Below, piece after piece: positions 24,850-38,699 of a stretch of DNA of 64,000 nt (positions are counted from its first letter, which is position 1; every line of letters starts with the position of its first letter). Source of the stretch: Gnetum montanum (Eukaryota; Plantae; Gnetophyta); NCBI GenBank assembly GCA_015680685.1, contig MNCI01001142.1, positions 7,588-71,587 of the forward strand. Direction: 5' to 3'. The notes under the pieces were generated by a model. That model was given only the letters and a program-made list of their open reading frames with translations. It had not been told where the DNA came from and did not search any database. Both the position numbers and the translations under genes were made by a program.

Positions 24850-27800
24850 CTCTAGGTTTTAGAAATGGGTTAACTTATTGTATGTTGACCAATAGATTTT
24901 TGTGAGGGCTCAATGGGTGATAGATGGTCACGGCTCTAGAAATAAAAGTTTCATGTATGATATAAGGTCCTTTCCATAACATTTGGAATTTAGTGTGTTG
25001 TAGCACATGGATGAAATTCTAGTAAAGAACCTTATCGTCAAGTTGAAACCTAACTCTTCTTATTCATGCATCGTAACATTATTTGAAATGTGCCTTATGC
25101 ACTTCATCCATCATCAAGAGTACTTGTAGATTCTCATCTAGCACATTAAGTATCATTAGTCATTCTTTTTGTGCTAGATTGATGTTGAGGTTAAGCTCAC
25201 AAACTATTGTGAGTGTATGGTGTTAGGATTGGATATGAAGTTTTGGTAACTTTTCATACACTAACTCATAGGGAGAGTATCCTATAGGAAGTTTCTACAT
25301 TAAATGATAGGTCCAAAGAGCATCATTAAGTTTGGTACTCCGATCCTTCCTATACATATTGATTATTAGTGTTAGTATCCTAGTGATCTCCCTATTGGTC
25401 ATTTTAGCATTGCATTAGTTTTTGAAAAGTAGATCCTATGAAATATATCTTCTTGTTAGAAATGAGCACTCTTCGTATACCAAACCTATTTATCACCTAT
25501 TGTTGTACAAACCATGATCAAGTGATGGATGTATAGTCTGATACTACTAGAGCTTCTACCGAATTGGTACAATAGTTAACCACAACAATGATGTAAGCTT
25601 CCTCACTTGACATGGAAGTGATGGGGCCTATGAAGTCAGTGCTCCAAAGGTCGAAAGGCTCTAGTGGTATGATTCACTATTGGGTTCCTTCCATTTATAC
25701 AATAATTTCTCCATTCCTTTGATAGCACTCACATGAATCAGAGAAATAATGAGCATCTCTAAAGATTATTGGCCAAAAGTATCTTACCATGATGATCTTC
25801 ATAGCCATCCTCCTTCCTACATAGTGGTCTCTATAAGAATCCTCATGAACATTTTGGAGGATGCACAACTGATCATCATTAGGTACACATCATCAAACTA
25901 GGACATTAGTACAAACCTTGGATAGGCTACCTTGGATTTTCATGTAATGTTTGCCCTGGTGAAAAAAACTATTATTTCTTCTTATTATCTCATTTTGTCA
26001 AAGTCTCCTATGTGAAAGGATAGGAGAGGAAATCATCATACCAATTAGTTCTACTAGGCTCTTAAACCTCAATGGATTTAGCAAAGAAGAGTTCATCTAG
26101 AAATTAATTAGATAAAGACTCCTCATCCTCTTTGTTACCCCATCTCAACCAAGACAAGTGATTAAGAATCACATTCTTGGTTTCCTTCCCATCCATCATG
26201 GTTTGCTTGCACTCCTATAAAATCACTAGTCACTATATCACACAAGGACTCATTACTAGCTTATTCATCAAAAAATTAACAACATTATAATCAGTGTGTA
26301 CAAGAATTTGATATCTAAACACAGTGCCTGAATTTCCCTGAAGCATACACCACTACCATAAGCTCCTTCTCAAGGGTGGTGTAATTCAGTTGTGCATCCA
26401 CAATGCTTTTTCTTGTACAATGGATGTAATATGGATGTTTTTGATCATCTAATTATGTAAGCACCACTCCCAAAGCATAGTTGAACATATCAGTCATTAT
26501 GTGAAATGGTCTAAACTAATCTAAAGCACATAGAAAGGGAATATCTACAAGCTTGTTCTTAAACTACTGGAATGCTTGTTCATGTTTCTTAGTCTAGATA
26601 AAAGGTGCATCCTTCTTTGTAAGCTTCACTAGTAGTTTGATGATCTTGGAGAAATTCTCAATGAAGCTCCTATAGTAACCAATATGTCCAAGGAATGGCC
26701 TTACATCTTTTATAGTTTGAGACTATCTAGTGATTCTTTTGATCAACTATACATTCTTTAGCTCCACATTAATCCCATTTCCTAAAACGTGATGCCCTAA
26801 AATAATGCCTTCCTAGACCATCAAGTGGCTCTTCTACCAATTAAGCTATAAATTTGTATTTCCACAATGATTTAGCACCTACTCTAGATATTCCAAGGCT
26901 TGCTTAAATTTGTTATCATAGGTGAAGAATTCATTCATAAAGACCTTCATACCTCTACTGATCTACTGCTAAAAATGCTAAGTACCAATCATTGAAAAGT
27001 TGTAGGGGCATTGTACAAGCCAAAAAACATCTTTTTATATGCAGAATTCCCCTAGGGAATTGTGAATGTTATGTTAGCTTGATCTTCTAGTGCTATCTAA
27101 ATTTGGTTATAGCCACTATAACTATCCAAAAAACTATAGTAGTTATGGCCTATAGTTGTATCCAATACCTTGTCCACAAATGGCAATGGAAAATCACCCT
27201 TAAATATTATCATATGCAATAGCTGAAAGTCTATATAGACTCTCCACTTTTCTCCTTTCTTTGGAAAAATGATGAGTGGGCTTGCCTATTCACTATCAAC
27301 TACAAGATAGATGAATCCTACCTTAAGAAGTTGTTCAATTCATCCTTTATAACTTGCTTAAGTTTAAGATTCAATCTCTTCTATAATTGTCTCACTAGCT
27401 TAATAGAGGGGCCTATATAGATCCATGTTAGCATATCCTTGTATCTATTCCTATCAGCTCATGATATGACCATGTAAAGGCTATGGGCCATTTTTTACTA
27501 CTTTTACCAACTTCTTTTTCTAGTCGTGTGTAAGATTGACATTGATTATTACTAGCTTGTCATTATTAAGAAAAGCATATTCTAACACTACCGATAAAGC
27601 CTTAAGTTTAAGATCTCATACTTGAAATCATCTAGGATTTTCAAGTCCCCCAAATCTAGCTCTTCATTTTTGTGGAAGAGTTGGTATTAAATCTACTCCA
27701 AATCATACATGTTATTGATGTATGCACTTGTGTAGAGCTCCGCTAGTTCCATGCATACTATGGATTCGAAACTATTATTTGTTGTTAGCCATTGGGTACC

Positions 27801-28800
27801 TTCTTGTTTTGTAGCTGTTGCATATGGGCACTTTTGAACATTTGATATTTCAGCATACCAATTACATGCTTATATAGATGTGCTTCTTATAGCCAATATT
27901 CTTTGCATGCAATGGCACCCTATGTCACTATATGTAATGCATAAAACCCATCTCTTCTTCATCTTCCAAAACTTTTTTTCCTTGGGTATTTCCAAGGAAA
28001 GGTTTCTAATCTCCATCTTAACATTAATAATATTAAGCTAAGCCATTTCCATGATAAGAGGGAAGTTCTCCTTGAAATTGTCCATATGGATCACTATGAA
28101 ATCTACTGAGAATTATCAACCATAGATGGTGATCATAATGTCCTTCACCAATCCAAATGGAACATTGATGAACTAATTCACAAGCTCTAATTCGATGTTG
28201 CATTTTTTGAGTGGAGGCAAGTTCCAAATCTTATAAATCTCTTGAGAAATTAAGCTTACCTTGGAACCCAAATCTAGTAGAATCTTGTGTAGGTCATTTC
28301 CTACAATTTATAAATAAATGAGGGAACTCCTAGGATTAGATCATTTCCTAGGAAGATAAACAACATTAATCCAATTGATGACCACATGGATCAACATGAA
28401 AGTATGTATATTGAAGAACATTTGATTTAAAGAAGGATCAATGTTATTTCCAAAAGTAGTTGATGTAGGGTTAGGAGTAATGGACATTGGTGGTGGTTTC
28501 TATAGACTATGTGGCCTAAAGAAAGCCCTATTTCAAGGTTTATGTTTAGAGCCACCTAGTTAATAAAAGCTTCCCAAACTATATGGCCTATAGAAAGCCC
28601 TCTTTCTAGGTCTTATACATCTCCCGAGAAATTAAGTTCATCCTAGAACCTGAATCCAATAGAGCCTTACATGGATCATTCCCTACGATTTGAAAATAGA
28701 TGAGAAGACTCCCAAGATCATATTGTTTCCTAAGAAGGTCACCAACCTTGATCAAATTTGTGATTACATGGGTTAACATAATAGTATGTACATTAGAGGA
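24850..28800 (-). pseudogene. E2 pol remnants (protease, RT, RNase H, integrase)
   Basis: Minus-strand motifs: ALLDSGS (about 28650), FPLPFVDKVL and FLDSYSGYNQI (about 27100-27200), YTTLEKELMVVVYA (about 26350-26385), PLEPFDLWSTDFIGP (about 25625-25670). Confidence 0.9.
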
Positions 28801-30005
28801 CATTTACTTTGAAGGAGCCGCAAGGTTATTTCCAAAAGCAATTAATGTAGGGTTACTAGCCACAAACATCAATGAGAGTTTTTGTAGATTGTGTGACCTG
28901 AAGAAGGCCCTCATTCAAGGTTTATGTTCATAGCCACCTGCATAATCATCTAATAGTAAGTTGACTACCCTCGTTACATTGCATTGTTAAGGTTGTAGTG
29001 CGATTTTTCCTTGCATAAATGGTACAGGTAGCAAAAAATGGTGTTAGAAGGTTTTGGGTTAGATGATGGATATTGAGACAAATAAGCAGAGGAAGACTCA
29101 GCTTCTTAAGTGGAATTTTGGTAATATTCTAAAGGGTAGTAGTAATAAGTGAAAGAAGTATGGCTCGTAGAGCCACAAGGAGATACAGGCTACTGAATAT
29201 AATATCCATATGGGTCTAGCTATCGATAAGGATATTGCTACCTCAATGGGAGCATCCTCCATGACTGTGTTTTTCCATTGCTAATACTTCTCCTGAGGTT
29301 GAGGTGATGCTCCACCTAGATAATACCTACGTTTGATGGAACTGGTGCTTATAAGTACTTTGTGGATATGGCAATCTTCTGGGTGGTTGATTACTTATCA
29401 ACTTCAAGTTTAATGCATACACCCTAGATTCTTATAGATATTATACTATAGGACAACATCCCTTGGGATGTTCATATTCACAAATGTCACATTCATCGTG
29501 ATCTATTCCTAAATTTGCAACCTCATAGATTATTGCAACCTTACCTTTATTTTGATATTCTTTCCTATTTCATCTTTCTATCTCTTTCTATCTCTACTAA
29601 TACCTTCCTCCATCTTCTCCTCTACTATTTTAAGCATATTTTGGAACTTCTCATTCAGGGAGTCTCATATTTTATCCATCTTAGTTGATATTTTAGTGAT
29701 AGATTCCTGGATCGGTAATATTTTCCTTGCACCACTTCATCCAGTGGTGATTCTTCCTTTGAATCACAGAAATGTACCTCCCTTTTATGAATAGAGGGAT
29801 TCCTATTATATTCTTGTACACTTTCTCTCTTTTTTAACTCCCTTCTTGTTTTTCCACCTGCTCAATTAGGCTTTGGATCTAATAGACTCTCATCTCTAAA
29901 AGTATCCCTTGGGAATAAACCCCAAGGGTTTCTTTGGTTTTATTTCAAAGCACATCTATAATGTGGCAAAGTTACTACCTTTAAGAAAATCCATGGCATG
30001 GTCAT

Positions 30006-33000
30006 TGATGAAGTGCTAAATAGTCGATGCGTCAACTAGGCCACATAAACAGGGCCCTGTATATGTAGCCACGTCGATGCAGCCCCGTCAATGCATCCCT
30101 CCATGCGTCGATGTGGCCCCGTTTACGTGGAGCCTATTTTAGCCTATAAATAAGTGGGCCTCCACCACACTTAGGTATCTTTTGAGTAGTTGTAGCAAAG
30201 CCCTTGCAGTTTGTTTCCGTAGGAGTTAGACTATTTTCCCAAGTATATGCCCATAGTGTGATGCTTGTAATTGTACGACACCTTTATTCGAGTGTGACGT
30301 ACTTGGACGTGCACATGACTAGAAATAAAGATCAAGATTAATTCATCATTGCATCATTCACTTAGTTTTAACTATTTAATTATTATTGTGAATTGTTATT
30401 ATTATTTATTATCTTCTTAGTTAATATTTCTTTACCATCATTTACTATTCTTATTTTTAAATGTGGAATGAGTATGACTAATCACGAGCATTTAAGTGTG
30501 ACTACTTGGTAACCTAGTAGCGTACCTAGGATCTATGCTTGGTAATCCTAGTAGTAGTCATGCACGAGGTCCAAGATGTGTACGGATGATTAAGGAACTG
30601 ATGCTCATTGCACTTAGGCTATCTTAGACTTCATCTCCTATTTCTTATTATTTTAATCAAGATTATTTTCCATTGTCTCTAGGAGTAGCAGTAGTTTAGG
30701 ATTACATTATATGCCTCAATCTAGACTAAACCATACGCGATAAAGAAAATACTAGTCCAGGTGGGAAGACAGTGAACTGCGATCAACATGTAACTATCTA
30801 GATACCACAACTAGTCTGTCCATGGAGTTCGACTGGATTGTGCGTGAATGCTCGTATTCATATCATTGAGTGTAGGGGTACCTCGCCACTCATCATTGGC
30901 GCCATTGATGGGGATGGTGCTAGTTATTTAGATTAGTTATATCATACAAGATCACTGTAACAAGTATTAACGATATATCCTTTAGAAAATAAATTAAATT
31001 CAATTCAATTCAATTAAGTCACACACGGTTCACAACCATGTCTCTTTCACAAGATAGTGATAATGCAAAATCTAGTGAGGCAATTCATTGGAGAACCAAC
31101 GAAGAAGTTTGGAGTACTCAATCTTATGCAAGAGTTTCATATGTTCATAGACACCCCAACAATACTCAAGGACTCTCATCATCCAACTTTGACACCTCTA
31201 GTGAGGATGGGAGATCCCATAGAATGAGGGGGCCCGTACAACCTGTGACCTTCTCAATAATTAACAAAAATTTATCCAAGGATGATTGGGAGACTTACAA
31301 AAGTCATGACGAGTCTTCCAGCTCTTTCTCTTCCTTTGCTCCTTTAACATCAGGTAGTGACATGGATGATCATCTCTCTAGGGGTCGACGTAGAAATAGA
31401 AATCGAACCCATGGGCAAAGTTAGAAACGCCAACATGAACAAAGACAACATCGTCCCAACTCACAAACTCATAACCTACCTAGTGACGATGAACCCTTGC
31501 TAGCCACTAAGAGCCTAATGCATATACAAGAGGCTGTTTGAATAGCCTTCAGGCATCGTAAGGAAAGTTTTCTACCCGTGCTTGATTTAAAAAACTTTCC
31601 CAAGTTTTCAAGAGGCTATGATTTAGATCCACAANNNNNNNNNNNNNNNNNNNNNNNNNNNNNNNNNNNNNNNNNNNNNNNNNNNNNNNNNNNNNNNNNN
31701 NNNNNNNNNNNNNNNNNNNNNNNNNNNNNNNNNNNNNNNNNNNNNNNNNNNNNNNNNNNNNNNNNNNNNNNNNNNNNNNNNNNNNNNNNNNNNNNNNNNN
31801 NNNNNNNNNNNNNNNNNNNNNNNNNNNNNNNNNNNNNNNNNNNNNNNNNNNNNNNNNNNNNNNNNNNNNNNNNNNNNNNNNNNNNNNNNNNNNNNNNNNN
31901 NNNNNNNNNNNNNNNNNNNNNNNNNNNNNNNNNNNNNNNNNNNNNNNNNNNNNNNNNNNNNNNNNNNNNNNNNNNNNNNNNNNNNNNNNNNNNNNNNNNN
32001 NNNNNNNNNNNNNNNNNNNNNNNNNNNNNNNNNNNNNNNNNNNNNNNNNNNNNNNNNNNNNNNNNNNNNNNNNNNNNNNNNNNNNNNNNNNNNNNNNNNN
32101 NNNNNNNNNNNNNNNNNNNNNNNNNNNNNNNNNNNNNNNNNNNNNNNNNNNNNNNNNNNNNNNNNNNNNNNNNNNNNNNNNNNNNNNNNNNNNNNNNNNN
32201 NNNNNNNNNNNNNNNNNNNNNNNNNNNNNNNNNNNNNNNNNNNNNNNNNNNNNNNNNNNNNNNNNNNNNNNNNNNNNNNNNNNNNNNNNNNNNNNNNNNN
32301 NNNNNAGTGTCAAAAACCTCAGTCATGGGGGAGGCCACTGCCAACTAGACCATACCCTTCATATGTCCCAATGCCAAATGCTTATTATGTTCAACACCCT
32401 GTTTCTCCAATAGGATCAACATCCTCTACCTCACCTCATCGTTATCATTCTCCCGAGTACTATCCACCCATGTCCTCTCCAACAAGATCACCACCTCATG
32501 TGCCTTACACTTTTCCTCAACCTCAATATTCTCATACTTCACCCCCTTCTACATCACCACCAACCATGCTAGAAGATTTTGCACCATAGCACCAACCCAC
32601 AAACATTACTTGTGCTACTACTGTCAATAGCAACGGAGGTCCTCCACAACGTTGGAAACGTCCTTTCTTTAAGCATGACTGTAGAAAGAGACAGAACAGT
32701 TCTCAAACCACTGCATCCACCAACTTGGCACAAGTTCAACGTTGTGATACATCTTCTTCCTCGAACTCAATGCCACTTGTTACTCTATTTGGGCCACCAA
32801 TCAACACTCCAACCACCATCTTACGATCACAAGTACCATAGTGGGTCAACTCCTTATAAATTAACAACATCTTATAACTTGCCGAACTATGTCAACTCTA
32901 ATCAAGTGTGTGAACCCCAATGGGGTAAGTATGACTAGGTCCTAATATTTTCAACATGCAAGGATCCCCACCTTCCATTTATTAACTCTAGCCATGCTCA

Positions 33001-35755
33001 ACTATTTAGTTATGGGGGGTATCCTCCATTCTAACAACACATAATTAATAAATGTTTTTCTATTTCTTTAATTTTTCAACTTTTTGTTTTCTAGTTTTTC
33101 ACCTTTTAATTTATTGTTTTATCTTTTTGTCTTTTTATCTTTTTATGAGTAATCCCATCTATGAATAAAATACTCATGTGACTCGTTGGTTGAGGTGTTA
33201 TTTTATGCTATCAAGTCTCAGGTGACTAATTATTTGAACAGCAAGCCCATCACATCCACCCAACCATTCTATTAATAAGACGTTCTACTATGGGTACAAT
33301 GATATTCTTGGCATCATTAAAACTTAAAGTAATTTTGTGCTCATTATGCCCAGAGCAAAGAAGGATGGACTAAGAGGGAAAGGCTAGGGTGTGACATCAA
33401 GGGGACTTGTGGATTGTCTTTGGTGACATATGTAGGTGCTATCATGCAGTTTGGTTGTACTAAGGTCCTTGTAGATATAACAGAAAATGGAAGTAAGAGT
33501 ATTAAAGGCACCCAATAAAGAACCTAACGCTATTCTAGGGGGTCCCACTGGAAAGACATGCACCCATGCTTAAAGGTAGGTGGCTTCTCTGGATTAAGTA
33601 CTTTAAAAAAAAAGAGTGTGTGCCAAAGTGGCCAAACAAAAAGTATGCTACAAAGAAATTCCAAGTCACTCCTCCCTTGCACAAAACACCAAGTGATTGT
33701 ATGCCTTGCTGTCATGGTGCTCTTATGGTTGTCCATCATTGGATGAAACAATGTGATGTCACTAATCGGAAGAATGGACTTGGTCTTGATTTTGGAGCGA
33801 CAAGCTAATGACACATTAATCATGCCCTACACTCAAGATTCATTGTGCCCTAAGTCAGTTACCTCATGTCCCAATCTCTGCAATCCCTTCTCCGATTCAT
33901 CCCATCTCGCTGTTTATGTATTTGTGACTCGTGTCTTATGTAGCATTGAATTCATACCTCATCACGGTGGTATCTACATGTGTGTGTTTTGTTGCATCAG
34001 TATAGATCACATTTAACCCTTCTAGTACCTACAGACATTTTAAGGTGTGGTTACGCAAGGGCATTATAGGTTGGAACCTACTTTGGGGAGGACCCACTTA
34101 TGTGACTTTTGTAATTTATACTTGTTGCACACCACTACATCATTTTATACCCTCCAAGTACATCACAGCCAAATCTATTCTTTTCTTTATCATCATTTTA
34201 TCAAACTTTTCTCAAAACCAAGTCTGACATTAAACTTTTAGGGCAACTTCCTTGAAAAAATTATAACTCTAAAATCACACTAAGTAAAGAATTCAACATT
34301 TATTAAAGGTGCTGAGTAAGGTATGAAATCATTGAACTTTTTTTAATAACCTTACTAACAATTGATCTTTGTGTGATTATAGATGGCCCCTAAAATAAGA
34401 CAACAAGGAGGACCTTCTCAAGGTGCAACCGAATGACCTGGGGGAGGCAAATGCCAAGGACCTCATGCAAAACATGCAGAGCAGAAGGCACAATCATTCA
34501 GTATCCATCATGGAACTCCTGTTACTGCATAATCTATCCAAGCAAAAGGAGGAGAGGTTAGGGACCGAGCCTATGAAGAGGAACGACAACTATTTTTGGC
34601 ATGCATGTCAAGGCCAATCAAGTGTTCCCACAACTGTCGTGCCCATGGGAAATGCCAACTCCATCAAACATTGGAACATCAACATGGACGGCTCATAATC
34701 CTCGGATAGAAGAGGAGAAATGTTAGGTGCTTCTTCAATGGTATTAATCTCAGAAGCCTGATGTGCAGGACAAGGGAAGACACACATGGAGGAACCACCA
34801 CCACCAGGAACCACATGAGTTCTGATAAATTCTATCATTTTATGTCTGTGTCCCAATTTCGTCATATCCACTGCGACATGAATAAATTTCTAGTCAGTGA
34901 ATAATCCCATACCTATCCACTGTGTGTTCAATTGAGCTTATTCCTCACTTTCTTTGACTCGAGGACGAGCTGTTATTCAGTCGTGGGGATATGATGAAGT
35001 GCTAAATAGTCAATGTGTCAACTAGGCCACATATATAGGGCCCTATATATGCGGCCGCATCAACACAGCCCCGTCAATGCATCCCTCCATGCGTCGATGT
35101 GGCCCCATTTACGCCAAGCCTATTTTAGCCTATAAATAAGTGGGCCTCCACCACACTTAGGTATCTTTTGAGTAGTTGTAGCGAAGCCCTTATAGTTTGC
35201 TTCCGTAGGAGTTAGACTATTTTCCCAAGTGCATGCCCATAGTGTGATGCTTGTAATTGTATGGCACCTTTATTCGAGTGTGACATACTTGGACGCTCAC
35301 ATGGCTGGAAATAAAGATCGAGATTACTTCATCATTGCAGCATTCACTTAGTTTTAATTTTTTAATTTTTATTGTTAATTATTATTATTATTTATTATTT
35401 TCTTAGTTAATATTTCTTTACCATCATTTACTATTNNNNNNNNNNNNNNNNNNNNNNNNNNNNNNNNNNNNNNNNNNNNNNNNNNNNNNNNNNNNNNNNN
35501 NNNNNNNNNNNNNNNNNNNNNNNNNNNNNNNNNNNNNNNNNNNGAGTAGCACTAGTTTAGGATCACATCAATGCCTCACTCTAGACTAAACCATACGTGA
35601 CAAAGCAAATACTAGTCCAAGTGGGAAGACAGCGAACTGCGATCAACATGTAACTATCTAGATACCACAACTAGCCTGTCCATGGAGTTCGACCGGATCG
35701 TGCATGAACGCTCGTATTCATATGGTTGATTGTAGGGGTACCTCACCACTCATTA
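30006..35755 (+). mobile_element. E3: non-autonomous Athila-like LTR retrotransposon nested in E2 gag
   Basis: LTRs 30006-30895 and 34992-35755 (TGATG..CATCA/CATTA). TSD GTCAT at 30001-30005 and 35756-35760. PBS TGGCGCCATTGATGGGGA at 30897. PPT-like cagtcgtggggata before 34992. Gag remnant at 31038-32830 and no pol. Confidence 0.95.
34383..34818 (+). pseudogene. E3 internally shortened copy of the extra 3' ORF
   Basis: Begins MAPKIRQQGGPSQG and ends EEPPPPGTT*, matching E4 MAPKGK.. and ..QEPPPPGTI*. It contains stops and frameshifts. Confidence 0.7.
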
Positions 35756-37266
35756 GTCATCAATGCAAAAGAGAGTAATATTTTCCCATGGCTGCATCCA
35801 AGGATTCATGATTACCTTATTTCCACTCTTAGATTTTTTTCCTAAAATTGGATACTTGGGAGTATGTTTGGTACTTCTCATTAAAAAACTCTAGCATTGT
35901 ACTCCACCTACTAATGGATGCTAGTTCCAAGGACTTGTACCAGATTTCTACTTCCTTGATGAGTGTTCTTGGGAACAATTTTATCTCTACAACTTATTTT
36001 CAATGTTTCGTAAGGCACAAGCATCATGGAAAGCTTGTAGATGATGTTGTGGATCAGCATAATATCCCCCTTCAAATTTGGAGATATTTTTCATATCCAA
36101 CCTTTTTGATCTTGCTATACCTTTGATGCTTACTAAGGATTCTAAGTATTTCTGAAACATTCAGCATGTTTCTACTAGCCAACAATGATTCATCATATTC
36201 ATCATGCTCATAGTGATCCCTATCATGGCCATGCCTTCTATGATAAGACCTACTATGCCTTCTCTTCCTGTGATGCTCTTCTTCCTCTTGGGGTTTTCTA
36301 CACTCTTGGTTCCTCTCATCCTAATGGGATTTCTTGTCATCTCCATCTTGATCCTGATCACTCATCCTTCTATCTCGACCTTGCCTCCTCCTATTAAAAT
36401 TTAAGAATATAAGAATGATGAAGGTGGAGGACTAGTAGAATGATGTCAACTAGTCCTCCTGCTATGGTCCTTTTTCTTATCCTTCTCCTTGTCATTTTTC
36501 TTTTTCTTATCTTTCGATGAATGACTAAGAGATTTGTCCTTTATTGTTCCTTCAACCTTAGACTCTATCTTCCTCTTACCAAAGTTTTCCAAAGTTGACT
36601 GCAATTGTTGGTGAAGGATGTCATCATTACCAAGAGGAGAATTCGTGTACTGAGACAACCTTAAGAAGAAATTAGGGTCCTTTATCTATGATTGTAGAAA
36701 TAATGGATTTTGGATTCTTTTTCCCTTAAAGGTTTCATGATGTGCCTCTATGTGTCAATCCTTTTTGAGTTGTGCTTTAGAGGGTTGATAATCCCTAAAG
36801 GTATGGTTAGTTACCTCATACTCTTAGCTAGCTAATTCAATTCCCAGCCTTATGAGATTGGCTATAAGCATGGCACGAACTAATTGATTGAGGGGTAATA
36901 GAATGTTACCCTCTATATTCCTTCAACATAATAATTCATCTTAATTGATAATGAAGGTGAAACGTAGATGATAGGGATCCAAATATCCATAAACTACCCG
37001 CAACTATTAAGGCTTCTCACTAGTAGTCCTTCAAGTCCTATCTTGTTGTTGATTCGATTATCAATACAATGTGATAGAGATTCATTTCTATGAGAAGAAG
37101 CCATCTTAGTTATGTGTAGAAAGTTTACCTCAAGATAATTTTATTATTATTAATATTCTATATGAAAGATGAACTGTTATATTTTCCTTACAATAAATTT
37201 ATATGAATTCACAATTAATAATAGTTAGTGGACTTAGCTAAACTAAGCCCCTAGAAATGGCACCAA

Positions 37267-38124
37267 TGATAAGTGGTGAGTAGTCCCTATGCCCAATCAT
37301 ATGAATCAAAAATGTTCACAAGTGATCCAATCAAATTCCATAGACCTAGTCACCTAAGTTACCAATATTCCTAAATAAAGAATTGTATGGTTACAAGTCA
37401 TTGTCTTCTTAATTCACACTTGCATTTAACTATGCATATGAATAAGTGTAACCGAGGCATAAGATGTTTATTTTTATATTTTTCTCCTAGGTACCTGATA
37501 ATGAAATGAAAATTTAATGATTAAACTAACTAATTTTCTAATTAACTATACTAATGTAGAGTATCCATTTCCACTTGTCGTACACATCCTAAACTTATAT
37601 TAACACTATTGGATTACCAAGTGTATACTACTAGGTGTATCAAGTATCCACTGTTGCGGTTACCAAGCATTAATACATTATGCTCGAAGTGGTCATACTC
37701 ATGTGCTTACGGTTAACTGCATTAGTTCCTTAAGAACATAAATGTAAATTGCATATAAAGTAAAGAACTAAAAAGTAAGAGTAAACTAGTCCATGTGTTG
37801 CAATAGATGTAGGAAATATTAATTTTATTATTGTTCATGCCAATGTGTCTAGGTACATGAGCACTCAAATAAAATTTTGTATAGTCTCATAAATCTATGC
37901 TGCAAGCACTCAAAGGGAAAATATTCTAACTGTTAAAGAAAGAAATGTAAGAGTTCAACTAAGACTAAGCCTAAAAGGTGCTATAAATGTGAATGGTATG
38001 TGAATTTATATAGGCAATGACTATGTCAATATCAATGTACCTACATCAATGCATCCTAGCATGTGTCAACAGGGCTACATCAATGCGTATGCGTTGATGC
38101 AACCTATATTATTACTATTCATCA
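37267..38124 (-). repeat. E2 5' LTR
   Basis: Colinear with 19503-20382, next to the PBS and followed by TSD ATAGT. Confidence 0.93.
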
Positions 38125-38699
38125 ATAGTGAATCTAATGATCAGGAGATCAAAATAGATGAAGATTTGGTAAATATATATGTTCATTGAAATATTTTTTT
38201 TATTTTCAAATATGAACTTAAAAATTTAGCCTTATTGTTAATCTTTACTATTTTAACTAAGAGACATAAGAGACATTTGCTTTATTTGAAATAATTAGTC
38301 AAAGCATACCATGTAAAGGAACTAAGCTTGCATTAATTTATTTTTGTAATGATTCATTTTATTACCAATAGATTTCATGATTTTTCTCTACAAGGAAGAA
38401 TTTTATTATAATTAAAGGTGAAAAAAAAAAGTTAGTGTTAAGGCCTCTAAGAAATTAAAAAAAAACATTAATATATTATGTGGAATACATTTCTTGTCTT
38501 GTAATTTTATATTTATTAATATACTTAGGTATATCTAAAATTTTCTATAGGTTCAAAATGATGAAAGTGAGAATTAAGTGAAATGTCCAAATAAAAAAGT
38601 ATGATCCTATACTAATTATACCTTAATAACTATCATTCTTTGATGCATTTTATTCATTGAAAGAATTAAATTATATGACTACAATAGAGTAACTATCTC

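Larger units (their letters stand above)
19503..38124 (-). mobile_element. E2: full-length degenerate Athila-like LTR retrotransposon with an extra 3' ORF; hosts nested E3
   Basis: LTRs 19503-20382 and 37267-38124 with TGAT..CATCA ends. 5-bp TSD ATAGT at 19498-19502 and 38125-38129. Degenerate PBS at 37247-37265. Domain order gag-PR-RT-RH-IN. Confidence 0.95.
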
